A DNA stretch of 63,992 nucleotides, the filler included, from Cladosporium halotolerans (taxonomy: Eukaryota): the NCBI RefSeq assembly GCF_011745625.1. It is 5 parts of 5 records of this genome, joined end to end, with 100 filler letters (N's around TTAATTAATTAA, not from the genome) between each part and the next. Parts side by side here need not be neighbours in the genome. Positions count along the whole stretch, not along the records: positions 14,582 to 28,433 come from NW_027191565.1; positions 28,534 to 42,064 come from NW_027191566.1; 3 more parts are not named here. The stretch is one strand, 5' to 3'. How positions within the stretch are numbered: the first letter of the stretch is position 1; each line of letters opens with the position of its first letter. Made by a program: the position numbers and the translations under genes. Below the pieces are notes generated by a model that worked only from the letters and a program-made list of their open reading frames with translations, was not told the origin of the DNA and did not search any database. This document shows positions 23,154-36,581 of the stretch, one piece after another.

Positions 23154-23851
23154 TTGCTAGAATTTACAGGAAGACCAGGTGCCTCGAGTGAACAAAATGA
23201 GCCTCGGAACCTCCACCGACTGAGAGGAAGGCCACCAGGGTTAATTTACCGCGAGCTGGCCGAGAGGCGCGAGATCAAGCCGGAGAAGGATGTCAAAGTC
23301 CTGGCAGGAAAGAAACCCACAGATTTCCACTGCACCCTAGTGGCGACTCGACTTCATAGTGAAGCTTCTGTGAACCGCCCAGAGACTATCATTTGGGGGC
23401 GATTCAGTGGAGAAAATGGTGGAACCGAACATACTACATAAGATCGGCATTGAATAGTATTTTCGGGGAGGAATCGGTACGTTGCTACTTAACGTTACTA
23501 CAGATTTGGCCAGAAGTCTTCATAGAACAAGAAGTCTCGGTGACCAATCGATCAGAACGGACGCGACACGTCGAGAACGCCGCGTCGACAGAAACCACAG
23601 GGGTGCATGATGCAAGCGTACCTACCATGTCTGATGAAAGCGATGGTTTCGTCGTGCCAGACAGCTTACCGGACGCGAGTGAGTCATCTTCAATTGTTCT
23701 AGACCGAGTAAGACGCTTGCTGACGATAGAAACAGCTGAAGCTCTCAAAGAAGATATCAAGAGGATGGTGAAAAAGGAAATCGACCATCGCTTGCTGGAT
23801 ATCAACGCGAAATTGGATCTTATCATGGAGAAATTGAATGGGTCGAAGTGA
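23154..23851 (+). pseudogene. Frameshifted paralog of the C-terminal half of the 18257-20653 gene
   Basis: TDFHCTLVA..IIWGRF..YYIRSALNSIFG..FVVPDS..coiled coil matches TDLNCTFIA..IIGGRF..HYYRTQLNRAFG..FVVPDS. Frameshift near 23430. Confidence 0.65.
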
Positions 23852-24198
23852 TCGCTTCGCGGGAGCTCTAAAGAATCGGCAGAGATGCTGCTACAGGCTC
23901 CATTTTCCACCAAAAGTCATCTGACTCACAAGTTGCTTTCGTTTTCATGGCTTGTGGAGGTGTGCACGCGAGTGGCGAAAACCGGTTTGGCTTGCAATTG
24001 AAATGTTAACGTTACTGTATCTGCTGCCACACGTTTAGCTTAGCTCAATCAACCGGATTTAGATCAACGCCAATCGAACGTCAACTTGCCCAGACTTGCA
24101 ACGCCATCACTTGTCTTGTATTTCTGCAGTCAGCTTTGCCCATTCATTGTACAGTATAACCTTCCTCCATCGTATCGTGTATTCGTCCGTCGACCACC

Positions 24199-25617
24199 AT
24201 GCCCACCAAAAGATGAATTCACCCGCGTCAATTTCTACGTATTGTCCTCGCCAAGGCTTTCGCTGCTGCATTCTTCTTCTTCACAACCATTAAACTCAAT
24301 TCTGCGAGATATGCCAATGCTGATGCAGCGTCCGGACTGTTTCCAAAGTCATCACATGCAGTAGGGACATGTGGAAGCTTGCCGGGTGCGGACAGAACTG
24401 TCGTCATCATTCGGACTGGTTCGACTGAACTAGAGAACAGACTCCCTATCCACTTGACGACGAGTATACGGTGCTTCTCGGACTATTTGATCTTCTCCAA
24501 CGCTGACGGACATCACCTTAGTGAGGACATCCTGGACGCTTTCGCAGATGTCAGCCCCAGCATCACCGAGCATAACTCCGCCTTCGAGCTATATCGACCA
24601 CTACGCGAAGGCGGAAGATCATCTTTGCATCCGTCAGAGCTTGCGGGTCCACCAGAAAAGGTCCCAAACATGTCCGGGAAGTCGGAGAACCCTGGATGGA
24701 AGCTTGATAAATGGAAGTGCCTCCCGATGATCAACAGAACACTGCAGATGAGACCTGACAAGCAGTGGTACGTTTTCGTGGAGGCAGACACATTTATTCT
24801 CTGGTCCATGCTGCTGCGATACCTGGAGAGCTTTGACCCGTCAAAGCCAATATACGCGGGCAATCCCAAGCTTATTGGGGAGGTCATGTTCGCACACGGC
24901 GGTTCGGGCTTTGTCGTTTCTCGGCCTGCGCTGGAATCGGTCGTCGAGCATTACGCAACGCGCAAAGAAGAAATCGAAAGCTTCACCAATGAACACTGGG
25001 CGGGAGATTGCATTCTGGGTAAGATACTCTTTGATTCGGGAGTGTCCATGACAAACGCCTGGCCGGCCTTTCAAGGGGATTATCCAGGCTTCCTCTCGTA
25101 CAAGCCAGCAGATAGACGTCCCGTGGCCAACAACATCGCCTTCGAATGGTGCGGCCCCACTGTATCTTACCATCATATGGCCCCGTCTCAGATTGAGGAG
25201 CTGTGGCACTTCGAGCAAGACTGGCTGATCAACCAAAGCCCGGTGGGTGCTAGTTTGTCATCGATCTCTTGAAATGCGAATACTGACTTAACGCTTCGCA
25301 GGGGAACAAAGTCTTGCGTCGCATAGATATATTTACCAAACTGCCATGCCTCGGACGAAGTCCGTCAAGAGAAATTGGGATAATTTGAGCGACGACCGAT
25401 CGATGATCGCCTCTTCAACTGGTGAGTGTAGACACAAGTGCATGGCGGATCCGGAATGCATGCAATATTCCTATGACAAAGATGAATTTATGCAAGACAC
25501 GTCCATCTAAGGCTGGGAAGGGCTAAGCCTGGGGTTACATCAGGATGGATCTGGGATCGTGTGGTTGAATTTGCGCAGGGTATGGCGTCTTGTGAGGGAG
25601 CGAGTTGGCCGTCATGA
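24199..25617 (+). pseudogene. Glycosyltransferase family 31 (fringe-like), type II membrane protein
   Basis: GWKLDKWK, WYVFVEADT, FAHGGSGFVVS, WAGDCILG, SYHH and WDNLS motifs. TGA at codon 6 (24214), intron about 25243-25301, frameshifts in the last exon. Confidence 0.8.
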
Positions 25618-25778
25618 TCGAACGAAATGTACGGCATCGTGTATACTTTAGGGATTGCAAGCTTAGATGCATAAATTAATTTCTGGTGGGCGAGACTATT
25701 GGTGTACATGTGGAATAGGATCATGTGTCAACGTAACACAACGAATTCAGACCTCCGGCCGCTGATTTGGCCACGAGC

Positions 25779-27558
25779 TCAGTGACGTTCGGCTTCGTTT
25801 CGGTCAGTGAGCGTTTCCACTACGGTGAAGACCTCCCAAACAGGCAGACTGGCGTCATCGCAAGGAAAGTGAACTTCAGAACGGATGATGCTGACATCTA
25901 CGCCAGGCAGATTGCTGGCATCCTTGATGAAAACCGTCTGCATCAACTATGCGCCAGTCGAATTGTTGTCTGGTAAGGTCGCTGATGGTGCCAAAATCAC
26001 GTCTCTGGCTCTTCCTGACGTTTCTTGAAGGTCGGGCGGGAGAGACCTGTCTGGAATGGGGACACCTGCACGCAGTCGAAAGCCAGAATTGAAGAGCGAG
26101 CCCGAGAGGAAAAAGCCGTGGAACCCCATCAAGCTTCTAGTATTTCGCCACTCCGTGGGCTTGGTCTTGTTGAAGTCCCCGTCGAAAACAAAGATGGTAA
26201 AGGATCCGTTCAGAGCTCCGGCGTCAAGTTGAATGCTGGCGAAATGCTTCGTCAGCTTGATTTGGGGACCGGCCGCCTGGCCGTTGTCGAGCCATAATAT
26301 AGAACCGTGAACTTCGTCAGTTCTCTTGGCCAAGCTGCCGAGAACCTCTTGATCTGGTCCAGCGACTGAAGGTCCGGCAGTATGGAGGCCGTTGATCACG
26401 GATGTCACGTTCTCCTCGCCGAGGCCTTCGTACGTGTAGTTCAGCGCATGTGTGGAACGCAAGGCGTTGGAAGTCTAAAATCCGCTTTTTGCACGCGACC
26501 GGAAGGGCTGAAGGCTGGTGTGCCCATCCGTGACCGTGCCGGAAGTGAACCACATGGAAGAAGCGGGTTCCACAGATTGAGAAACCCACTCATGAGGGTA
26601 AGCAGCTTGATAGATGGCGAGTATCCGGTCCAAATTTGTGTGATGCAGCCAGAAAATAGGATCAAAAGCCGCTTGTCACGACACTCATGTTACCTCCGAC
26701 AAGAACATGCACGTGGTCGTGTATCGCATCCAAATTGCTGGGGTTCAGACTTTCTGTCCCCTTGCCGGCACCATCGAGCCTGGCTTCGGTGCTGAAGTCT
26801 GGATAGGTCTGAGCAGATGACAGCGTAGCCCAAAGATCAGCACGCAGCTGAAGGATGTCACTGAGGGTGAAATTTCGCCGTCTGTATGTTTCGTTGGCGT
26901 TCATGAAGCTGTGATCTTCATTTGGTCTGAACACATAGCTCTTTAGGGGATTGGTGATGTTTGCACGACCTGAGGGAGTACTGACGAGCATTTCTTCGTC
27001 AGTGAACACTCGAGGGAAAGAGTCTGCAGTTTCCAAAGGAAGATTGGCCCAGTCCCAGGATGGCAGTCTAAGACATTGGGCAGCTCGTACATAACGGCCA
27101 CGTTCATTGCCGGTGACCTGCTTGGCTACAGACATCGCATTCAGCGACAGCGCCTGCTCGAAGAGCGCCATATAAGCGCGATGCCAGGTTGGGAACAAGG
27201 TCGACTGGTGGGTGCAATACCCTGAGGAGGAGCAGCCATCGCACGGCTCGTCGTTGTCCCAGGAAACATAAGGCTGGCCGTGAATGGCAGCAATCTGGTA
27301 GTATGACATGGGCTCGCTGTCCTCCACCTCCTTGAATCGAGCGAAGCCGAGAAGGTAGATGTTCCATTCATCCTCGTTCTCCTGCAACGCATGAATTTCT
27401 CTCCGATAGCCGACTTCGCCGCCAGTGGATCCCGTATTTGAGACGAGAGCTTGGTTCAATGTGGAGAGAGCCTGGTCGAATTGGAATATTTCTCCAGACT
27501 GCGCAGACGAGCAAGTAGCCAGCGCCAGCAAAAGTGCGGTCTCCCAAAGCTGTATCAT
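25779..27558 (-). pseudogene. Secreted tyrosinase (type-3 copper protein)
   Basis: Signal peptide; CuA IHGQP..CTHQSTLFPTWHR; CuB HDHVH..AAFDPIFWLHHTNLDR; YTY motif. Frameshift near 26678 and TAG (probably from TGG) near 26476. Confidence 0.85.
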
Positions 27559-28335
27559 TGTTACAAACTTGCCAAAGTGATCTCGGGTTGTTGTAACGTG
27601 AAACGAATGCAGAAAAGGCGAAGTCGCAAAGGAGATTGTCGTGAGGAAGTGTGAGGGATTCAGGAGCTAACGTCGGGTGGGATCGTTGGCGTTACGGTCC
27701 TTTCGCCTAGACTAACGTTACCCAAAGATCAAAGCATGACAAAGCAAGCATGAGAGACGGCAGAGCTCAACTCAGAACGTCATGTCCGGCAATACGTTGC
27801 AGGGCTCCTTTGGGTGACTGAATCGAGTCTTTTCCAAATGTTGCGATTATACCTTTAGCACTGTATCAGGTCACGTGTACAGCCTTCCAAATGGGGAGTT
27901 GGATGTGGGTCGGGGAATGGGGCCCTCGGGCTACAGCAGCAGACCCTCTCGTACTCCATCTCTCGAGGAATGAGTTCTTCCTGAAGTACGCTGCCGTCCC
28001 GTCCCGTCTCGCTGCGGGGGTTGACGGGGCAGGAAACGCATGCGACGATCATGGCACGCAAAGGCATCATCTGCAGAGTGACACCAGATTTTGCCTAAGC
28101 TTTTCAAGGGCTGCAAAGGCCGTATGCAGGACGGCATCGCGCCGTTGGGTCACAGCTGAAAGAATCGCTTCACAATCGCCAATCACAAAATTGCATTGCG
28201 CTACCAGCGACTCCAACTTGAGACTTTCCGCAGCCGATATCATTGGCGTCTCTTCGAGTCACCGCTTTGTCGTTTCACTCTTGTGGCAGACAATCATTTT
28301 CAACAGATCATTCACGCCCTCAGGCATGTTTTGAT

Positions 28336-28433
28336 CAGGGTGTTCATCAGACAGACACAGACAGACTGTCTGTCTGTCTGATCACGTAATCAGACAAACA
28401 GACATTGGCAAAGTCATTATATAAGCAGACCAG
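28336..28433 (+). mobile_element. hAT-like terminus with (CAGA)n subterminal repeats
   Basis: Starts CAGGGTGTTCA, followed by cagacagac/gtctgtctg arrays, and runs into the gap. Confidence 0.55.
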
Positions 28434-28533
28434 NNNNNNNNNNNNNNNNNNNNNNNNNNNNNNNNNNNNNNNNNNNNTTAATTAATTAANNNNNNNNNNN
28501 NNNNNNNNNNNNNNNNNNNNNNNNNNNNNNNNN
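28434..28533. other. Artificial scaffold linker
   Basis: N44-TTAATTAATTAA-N44. Confidence 0.97.
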
Positions 28534-31500
28534 ACGAGGGCCGAGTTGGTGACGACGCGATATCCGTTGCGGTAGGCATTACCTCTCGGCACTTTGGCAA
28601 ATGGAGCGTCGGGGTCGCGGCTTGCTCGGTCTCTAATAATGTCGGATAAAAGTACGTCGCAAGACATGATGAAGTGTTGTGAAAGGTGTAAGTCGCGCCG
28701 GAGCTGGGGCGACGAGCTCTGTTATATGTGTCACTGGAGACAGCACGCAAAAGGAGTCGCTTCTCCCAGCGCGGCGCGAGAGCACACAACATGCTCCTGT
28801 TGAGATCACTATCGCGTTGCCTTTACCCTTTACTTTGGGCGCAAACCTTTGCTCGTATCCGACAAGCCTGGCTCTTTGACACTGGGGAAAGGTAGTGATC
28901 TCGCCGTACTGCACCCGCTCGACAGCGTGCATGTCCCCATGCTTCTGAGGACGTCCATCACCTGAACACAAGCAGGAGCGGGACAAGGATTATCGGCCGG
29001 CACAACGAGGCTTGTGTCCAGGGCAGGGAAGCCCAGTGGCCCGATTACAGCTGTTGAACAAGGTCCCGTCCAGTCTGTCTGATCCCAACACACCATCAAA
29101 GTGTGCTTCCAGAGATCCCACCAAGACCACACCATCCCGGGCATGGGATATCATACCTTGTGCTTGGATTTCGATCCGGATAACTTACCAACAGCCCGAT
29201 CGAACCTTGTCTGACATAGCTTGCCAAATGCTTGCCGGGCCTTCTACCAAGACGCTAGAACCTGAGGCCGTCAATTAGCGGTCGGCAAGGATTTCCCCCG
29301 TGCCGTTGTACGTCAAGCCAATGACGGTCTTTGTAGCCCCACAAAACCGCGGCCGGCCTGACCGCACTGCACTCAATCACTTGCTGAGCCTTCATCGCAA
29401 GGCGATCATGAGCCCTGGCATCGTGACGAAGCTTATCTTTGTTCACCGCATGTCAACGAAACGCTTCAGAACGCAGGACCACCGTCGACAAGGACGTTGG
29501 AAGAGGCTCTGTGGGGTGATAGTGCCGCTTCTCCCATGCCATGATAGACTTGAAGTACTGTCCGACGTGGTTGGTCGACGGAATTGGTCAGCATCCAATC
29601 TACTCCGGATTGCCTCTTCTGCCATGGGGGACATGCTGCGGACGGGGACTCTAGCCGAGACTCTGGGTGAGGTGGGGGCGTGTGGATCGACCCTGCCGAA
29701 AGGCTGTGCTGGCCCTGGCCTCGCCCCGGTGCCCGATCGAGACGATCAAAGGTCAGATGGCCAGATCGAGTCAGGTCAGCCTTCTCGAGATCGGCACTTG
29801 GTCCGGCAAATCATCAGAAGTCTCGGTACCCTGTGCGGCACTGTAATGTAGTACCGCTCTTTTCCAAACAGTTCGATCGACCTCCCTTTGCTCGTTCGGA
29901 CCGCTGGGCCCGCCAGAAGACCGATCCATCTTCTTTGTTCGCGCAACATGCACTGCGACGAGCGGCGCTCCGGTTTCCTTGTGAAGTTGCTGAGATAGGT
30001 GAGTCTGACCATATTGCATTAAACCAAGTCTCGTCAAATGGAGGCGGCGTTGTTAGTCATGAAGCTTTCGGGCCGTCTGCGCCGATGCAGCGTGAGTCAT
30101 GCTTCCGCCAGGGACGTGAGCCAGTCAGTCTGTTAGTCAGCGATAAGATCGCATTTGAACTCCAAGCGGGCGTCGAGGGTTTAGACGTGCGTCCTCGGCC
30201 GCACCAGGCCACCTGACCAAATCGGAGAGCCCGAGGCCGACTTTTCCAAGGGAGTCTGCAAGAGGCCTGACAAGGTTGCCTTCCATTTACACCCTTGACA
30301 TCGGGCGCTTCCGGGCTTCTGGAAGGAGTACGGCCGCGGCGTCACTTTCGGGAATAGTTGACCTGTCCTTGCAGCGTCGCTCTGGCTAGGAAGCAGCAGG
30401 TCGCGATGCCATCGGCTTGACCCTACCTTGCGGACATTGATCGCTGGCGTTGCATCGACCGAGGTGATGGGAATCGCGCGATTCGTGGCTGAATGCCATC
30501 CACCACGATGGCAGGCCTCCCCTTGGGGCACCAGCTCGGCCAACACGGCGGGGGCCACGCATTCCGTGACGCAATATTGGCTTCAATGATGGCAGGCCTG
30601 TCTGTCAGACGTCATATTTGCCATCGCTAAGCGCAGTGAAGGATACACCTGGCGCTGTTCGTCATCTGCGCTGCCTGATTCATTCGCCGAGGCGCTAGGC
30701 ATCAATTGCCGTTTATCCTGACTCACGCTCGGCAGCGGTAGACTTGACGACTGATCGGCACATCAATCAAGACCTGACAGTCGATTGCCGAACCGGTGTC
30801 CAGAATTGCAATTTCGTTCTGGTTGATCCCCACTCGGCAGATGCCGCTCTCCAAGCCCTAAGCCAGATCGAGTTTGAGCTTATCTGCACGCGGCTTAGAG
30901 CCAAGGTGCGGAAGCTGCCGTGCGGTGAGCTTACAGCAACGACATCGCAATTCTGAACACCAATTTCGCATTCGAGTGTACGTGCGGAGAGATGTTTTAC
31001 GCTACAGTAGACCACCGATGCTTGACGCTTTTGCGATTTCGGAGAACATAACATCACACAAGCCCATGAGCTCTGGCCTATGGCCGTGACGTGACCGTGA
31101 GCGTGCGGCTTGGATTCTGCGCGTCTTGTGATGCGCGGCACATGACAACGGTGCTTGAAGGGAAAAGACGACTAGTGTACTGCAAGCGGACGCTGTTCCT
31201 CCATATTCACCGTCTCTTGTGTCGTGGCAGGTCGAAAACGTCAATCCCCAATTGAAGCACTACCTCTTGGAGCGCCGGTTCCTGATTTGAGTCGACGTGC
31301 GGCGAACTTGACAGCTTGCTTCGACAACTAAAGCTCCTGAGCCCTGGTTAGCTATACACGATGCCACCAGCACCTTTGACTTGGTCCGCAACCCACATGC
31401 TCCCACCGTGGTGCACTTCATAGCAATACCTAGCGGTCGTGAGGGGTCTTCGATGACCTGTCACATGGCGCGGTCCAGTAAAGACGCTCGCGAGGGACGG

Positions 31501-31607
31501 AAGGAAGATATGAGAAAGTGGAGGAAAAGGAAATGAACCACAAGGTGGAGGGGGAAAGGTGGTGGTTGCAAGGCGCTTGGCCTCCGCCCTAGGTCGCTCA
31601 GGTAGCG

Positions 31608-31659
31608 TCGCACGGACGCCCATCCGTTCTCTGGAGAATACGGCTCTTGCTCCGTGCGC
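31608..31659. repeat. Hairpin repeat copy A
   Basis: GCACGGACGCCCATCCGTTCTCTGGAGAATACGG..TCCGTGCGC, homologous to the copies at 36582 and 36759. Confidence 0.75.
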
Positions 31660-32079
31660 ATTAGGCTCGAGACTGCAGGCAGTGCGAAAGCTGCCAAAAC
31701 ACGCTTCAAAGAGCTTCGTGATAGAGGGAGGTCGAAGAGAACGCAGCTCCAGCTGTTAACGAACTGGTGTTGGTGGAGCTTGCGCTGCCGCGGTCAAAAA
31801 TGAGAACAACGACAGCGGCGGCGAGACTGACGGCCGTTGACGGGGTCGAGGTCGATTTTGCGGAGCTCTGGAAGCATGGAACCCAAAAGATATGGCATGG
31901 GAGGATGGAGCTAGAAACCAATTTTCGAGGTTGGGCCGCGAGAGAAGTCTTGACCAGCCCTGGCTGGCTGAATGAGTCTTGGCGAGTCCAATCGGGATCC
32001 TTGAACGGATGGTGGTACGCGTACGCCCTCCGACAATGCTGACATGACATGGTACTGCACAGTACAGTATGACCATCAT

Positions 32080-32890
32080 GTGTGTCCCCCCTGCCTTCCT
32101 CCCTGCCTTCCTTTCTACCCTTTCCCTGCCTCGTCGCGGTCGTCTTTCGCGACTTCTTGTTGGCAGCTTCTTTGTCTCCTGCCTTGCCTCCTCTTCCTCC
32201 GTGCCCTATCCCTTTCTTGGCCCCTTTCTCACCCTTTTCCTGCACCCCTGCACTTTTCCCTTTCCCTTCCCTTCCCTTTCTTTCCGTCCGCTTCCATGCC
32301 GTTCCTCCCGCCTTCCACTCTGACCGCTTCTCTGCCTCCTCTTCTCCTTCGTTTCCTGCCTCTTTCCGTGCCTTCCACTCTGATCTCTCTCCCAGCCTTC
32401 TCTCTGCGTCTGCCCTGCCGGCTGACCTGCCTCGTCTTGTTTCGCGCCCCCTGCCTTTCTTGGCCCCTTCGCAGCCCTTTTCTTGCCCTCCTTTCCATTT
32501 TCTTCCTCTTATTTCTCTTGCCTTCCTTGCCTTCCTTGCCTTCCTCCTTTCTGCACTCTTCTCTTCCTTTTCATCTCCTCTCTTTCAACTTCTCTTCCTT
32601 TCCCTCCTCTTTCTGCCTTGTCCTTTTCCTGCACTACTCCCTTGCCTTCTGTTTCCCTTCTTCCCGCCATCTTTCCTGCCTCCTTCCATATCTTCCAGTC
32701 CAGCCTCTTCCTCTCTTGCTTCCGTCTGGGCCTCCTCCTGCCGTCGCTCACTACTCACTCTTCCTGCCTTTCTTTTCTTTATTTTCTCCTTCTTTCCTTC
32801 CCTCCTTCCTGCCTTTCTTTTCTTTATCTCTTCTTCCTTCCCTCCTTCTTTTGGCTTTCCTCTCATCTTCCCTTCCTCCCTTCCACCCAA
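32080..32890. repeat. About 800-nt polypyrimidine/polypurine low-complexity tract
   Basis: Plus strand is almost entirely C/T (ccttcc, ttctct units). Confidence 0.9.
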
Positions 32891-35800
32891 TCACCCAACC
32901 ACCTCGAGAGAAACCAGTCAGCGGTCTGCCTCTACGTCACGGCGCGATAACACTGCTTCCTACGCAGCGCACTACCGCGGAATGCCGTGAGCTGAAGCAG
33001 AAAAAGAGCTTGAGATCAAGGTCGGCATTTCACTTTCGCGCATTCGTCTCGTCTGGAGTACGCATAAACGAACGGAGAGTCAAGACCATCGTAGCACGGC
33101 ACAGAAGCATACGCCGTGCCGTACAGCAGGACACAAGATAACAGGTCATGAGCAGGAGCAAAGCAGCACCGAAAAGCGTCGTCGAGCATGCCACGACACC
33201 ATACAATACGCCCTGTCACGGCACCATATGGCACACCGAGTCGACGTGCACCGAAATCGAAATCGCCAGTCTGGTGCTTCATCCTTCCCTTCGCCTTTCC
33301 AAACCGCCGTGGGGATGGACGGACGCTGCCCGCGAGCGAACGGCCGATCACGCTGTCAGCTATGGCGGTTGATCCACAGACGCCCAAACCCCGGGTCAGC
33401 AGGACCACTCTTGCTGCCTTGCCCGCATATGCAAAACAGCAGCGTGTGAACCTCCTCATTGAGAGCTGTCCATTACACCACCAATGCAGTTCGACATGGG
33501 AGAGCCCGGATAACCCGAGGCGGGCAGGAAGATCGACAGCGGTCGCGGCGTGTTCACCCCTTGCCCCTTTGGACAATTGGGGGGTTGGCAATACCTCGGT
33601 CAAGGATTGAATGCTGACGAACCTCTCGCAGACTATCGGCGTTGTCGCGAAAGTGTTGATGTGCCACGACATTCGAAGTTGCGTGCGCTGATTTTGAGGG
33701 TTGCTCAAGGCCAGGAGCGATGGTCCTTTGCGACTGCAGGGCCTTCCTCCATTGTGGCCGATAACGCCGTCCGACCTCGCCGCCGCAGAGCCTCCGTAAG
33801 GATGCTGCTTGACCTTGCCCAACCATCATGGCACATGGCTCTCCGGTGCGGATGTTACTGTAGCACTGCCGTCCACGCGTCTTGTCTGCATCGCCTGGAG
33901 GGCTTTGGTTCGTGCCCGCGGGCGCGCTGTCCTTGCTTCCTGGAGCCACATGTCGAAAGGTCAACGGTGCAGCTGAGGTGTTCGTGGGTTTCTTCTGCCT
34001 TGTTTGCACCGCGCCTATGGACAAGCTCCGAGCAGAAACGATTTTCTGTGCGCCCGTGTCGACAGGACGCTGGGTGGAAGCCCTCAACGATTGCTGTGTT
34101 AACTCGAAGCTGCTGACCGGTTTCACCCAAAGGCCTCCGTCCCAGCGTCACTAATTCGTGGTGGTACAGTAAAGGATTGGCAGGGGCGTGCGGTCGACGT
34201 GGCGACCAATCAACTGCTTGTCAGACCCAGCAACCACGTCCCCGCCCCTGCTTTACAGGAGATAGTGGATGAAGAGATAAATCGCTTGCACGTGACGATG
34301 TGGACCTCAGCTGGAGCTTGCCCGACATCCGTAGTAAGGATGGCATGCCGCCCTGACGCTGTAACTGCATCGACCCGCCCTCGTGGACCAGGCCATTGTC
34401 GGTCGAAGAGCGAAAGCCATAGCCCGTCGACGCTCAGGCGGCGGGTGTTAGAGAAGCGCCGGCTTGGTATTGAGGAAAGCGTGCGTGGTGGCACGATCGG
34501 CTGTGTGGTATGCAAAGTTCGACGGCGCCGCCGTGCTTTCTGACCGGACGCCTTGGCGAAAGTACCGCCCCGATCACTGGCAGTTGGTGATTCGTCAGGC
34601 AGTGACAGCCATTTTTCTTTTCCAGCGCCGTTACCAGCAGGTCAGTGAATGGGCGGGCCGGCCTGCCGCTGCAAAAAGGCCAGGGCGTGCGTACAGATAC
34701 CCTGGCAAACTACCAATCAAACCGCGGAACACGACATCAGTCGAAGCGCCTTGATGGAGTAGCCGGCTGTCGCGTAAGATCTGGGTCTTGACAAATGTAC
34801 CGTCAACCGTGGTCATCAGCTTCAACGTAGCGCAGAGCGATTAACAAGCGACATTCACAAGCAGGCGCCCGTCGAGCTTGATTCGCGAAGCGCCGCTAAC
34901 TTCGCCTAGACCCTGATCAAGATCCCATCGAGCAGACCCCAGCTGCCTCGAACGGTCTCGGGTCTAGGCCAACCAGCATTACGGGAACATATACCAGCGA
35001 GAATTCTAGCAAGACGTCCAACGAAGTGACAACGAGAACAGAATGTGTGACTACGTGCAGGTTCAAGCTGGCTTCCCTCCGGTTGCCTAAAGGAAGATTC
35101 GAAGCCGCTGATCTGACTTGGAGGCATCCACCACAAGCGGCAAGTGGGTGTTCGAAATGAGAATTTCCACAAGCCGCCAGGGCGCAACAGCAACCAAGAC
35201 GACTCACCCTGGAGCCATGCATGTATTTGGACAACGTCGACGCTGGCGACCCCGCCAACCCGCCGCGAGGAGATTTCAGATCCGGTGGGCAACTTCAAAA
35301 CTCTTCACGCTTCCCCGATCGCATCCGCACCATGCGCTACAACAGCGCTACAACAGCACTCTGCCCTTGCCCAATGACCCAATTCAGCAACCGGTCTCGC
35401 ATCCTTCGCGTTGATCTGAGCCAGGGTAGCCGCGCTTGGTGAAACCTCCGAAATTCGCCACGGGCTTCCAATTCCGACGCATTGCGCCCGCTCAGGCAAG
35501 CGCAACCCTCGTCATCGTGAAGCTTCCGGTCAGTCTGCCCTGGGAGCGGCGCAGCATTGGTGCATCGCCGGCATGACGACAGCAAACGGGGCTTCGTCGA
35601 CCTTTCGAGGTCGTGGAAACCCGGTCTGGCAACCGACAGACGTCCATGCTCGCATGTTACCATAGCCCTAGCCGGTAAGTCTAGAGTGGTGCTGCCAGAT
35701 GGCGAAGCTCCAAGGCGCTGGACATGGTAGCTTTCGTGCCGAGTCTGAACAAAGAAGTCGATTCGTCGATCAGTGGTGAGCAAGGCCGAAGCCTGCCGAA

Positions 35801-36581
35801 AGTGCGCTCGGTGCGTCGCCAGCGAGGCCAACGGCGTTGCCAATCAGCGATGGCCAGCTCCACCTGCGAAAAGATCAAAAGCTGCTTTTCCCAAAAACCG
35901 AGGACCTTTTCCTAGCGTCAGGCGGCCAGAGGCATCTTGGTGGTGCTTCAGACGGGACAGAGGGGCCGAGTGTGCGGCAGGCTGAGGCACCTTCGGTGTG
36001 GACATCTTAATCTTCCCTCACCTGCCCTGGTCGTGGCACCGGCGCTGAAAATGAAGCCGTCCGGAGACGACGCTCCGTCTCGTGGCGCTCATTCGCCCTG
36101 TCGCCAGCGCATCGGCAGACTCGGTGGGCGTTGGAGTGCCGTTCCAGCATCAAGCCCGACCCGATCCATGCTTGAGAGACCCTGCCGGCCAAAAGCCAAG
36201 AGGCGCCTGCGTGGTCGTGTTGCTACCCGACAGACGCGTCGACAACGGCGTGCGTTGCAGGCGTCGGTCTGAACGATCCTGATCGTGGCCAGGCAGGTTA
36301 GCATCTTGGGTGTCCTGCCGCGTGAGCCGCTCGAACTTGGACGCGAAGGTCGACAACGAAGAGGACAGAGACAGGAAGTGGTATGAGAAGAAACAAGATA
36401 CTGCCAGCGACATCAGAGGGTGTGCCGCCCGAGTCGTTCCATGTTGGAGTCGAAGTTCAACAGGAGAGGGAAGGAAGAAACAGAAAGTGTCATGAGAGGA
36501 AAAAAAGATGTGGCCAGCGACACCGAAGGGTGCGCTCACATGGCTTGCTTGACTTACTGTCCTAGCCGCGGCGGTAGCGTC

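Noticed and set aside
32044..33141. 365-aa and 302-aa Leu/Phe/Pro/Ser-rich ORFs resembling membrane proteins
   Set aside because: Stop-free by composition of the polypyrimidine tract.
34631..34825. VDGTFVKT resembling a MULE transposase motif
   Set aside because: Single short motif with no supporting downstream residues.
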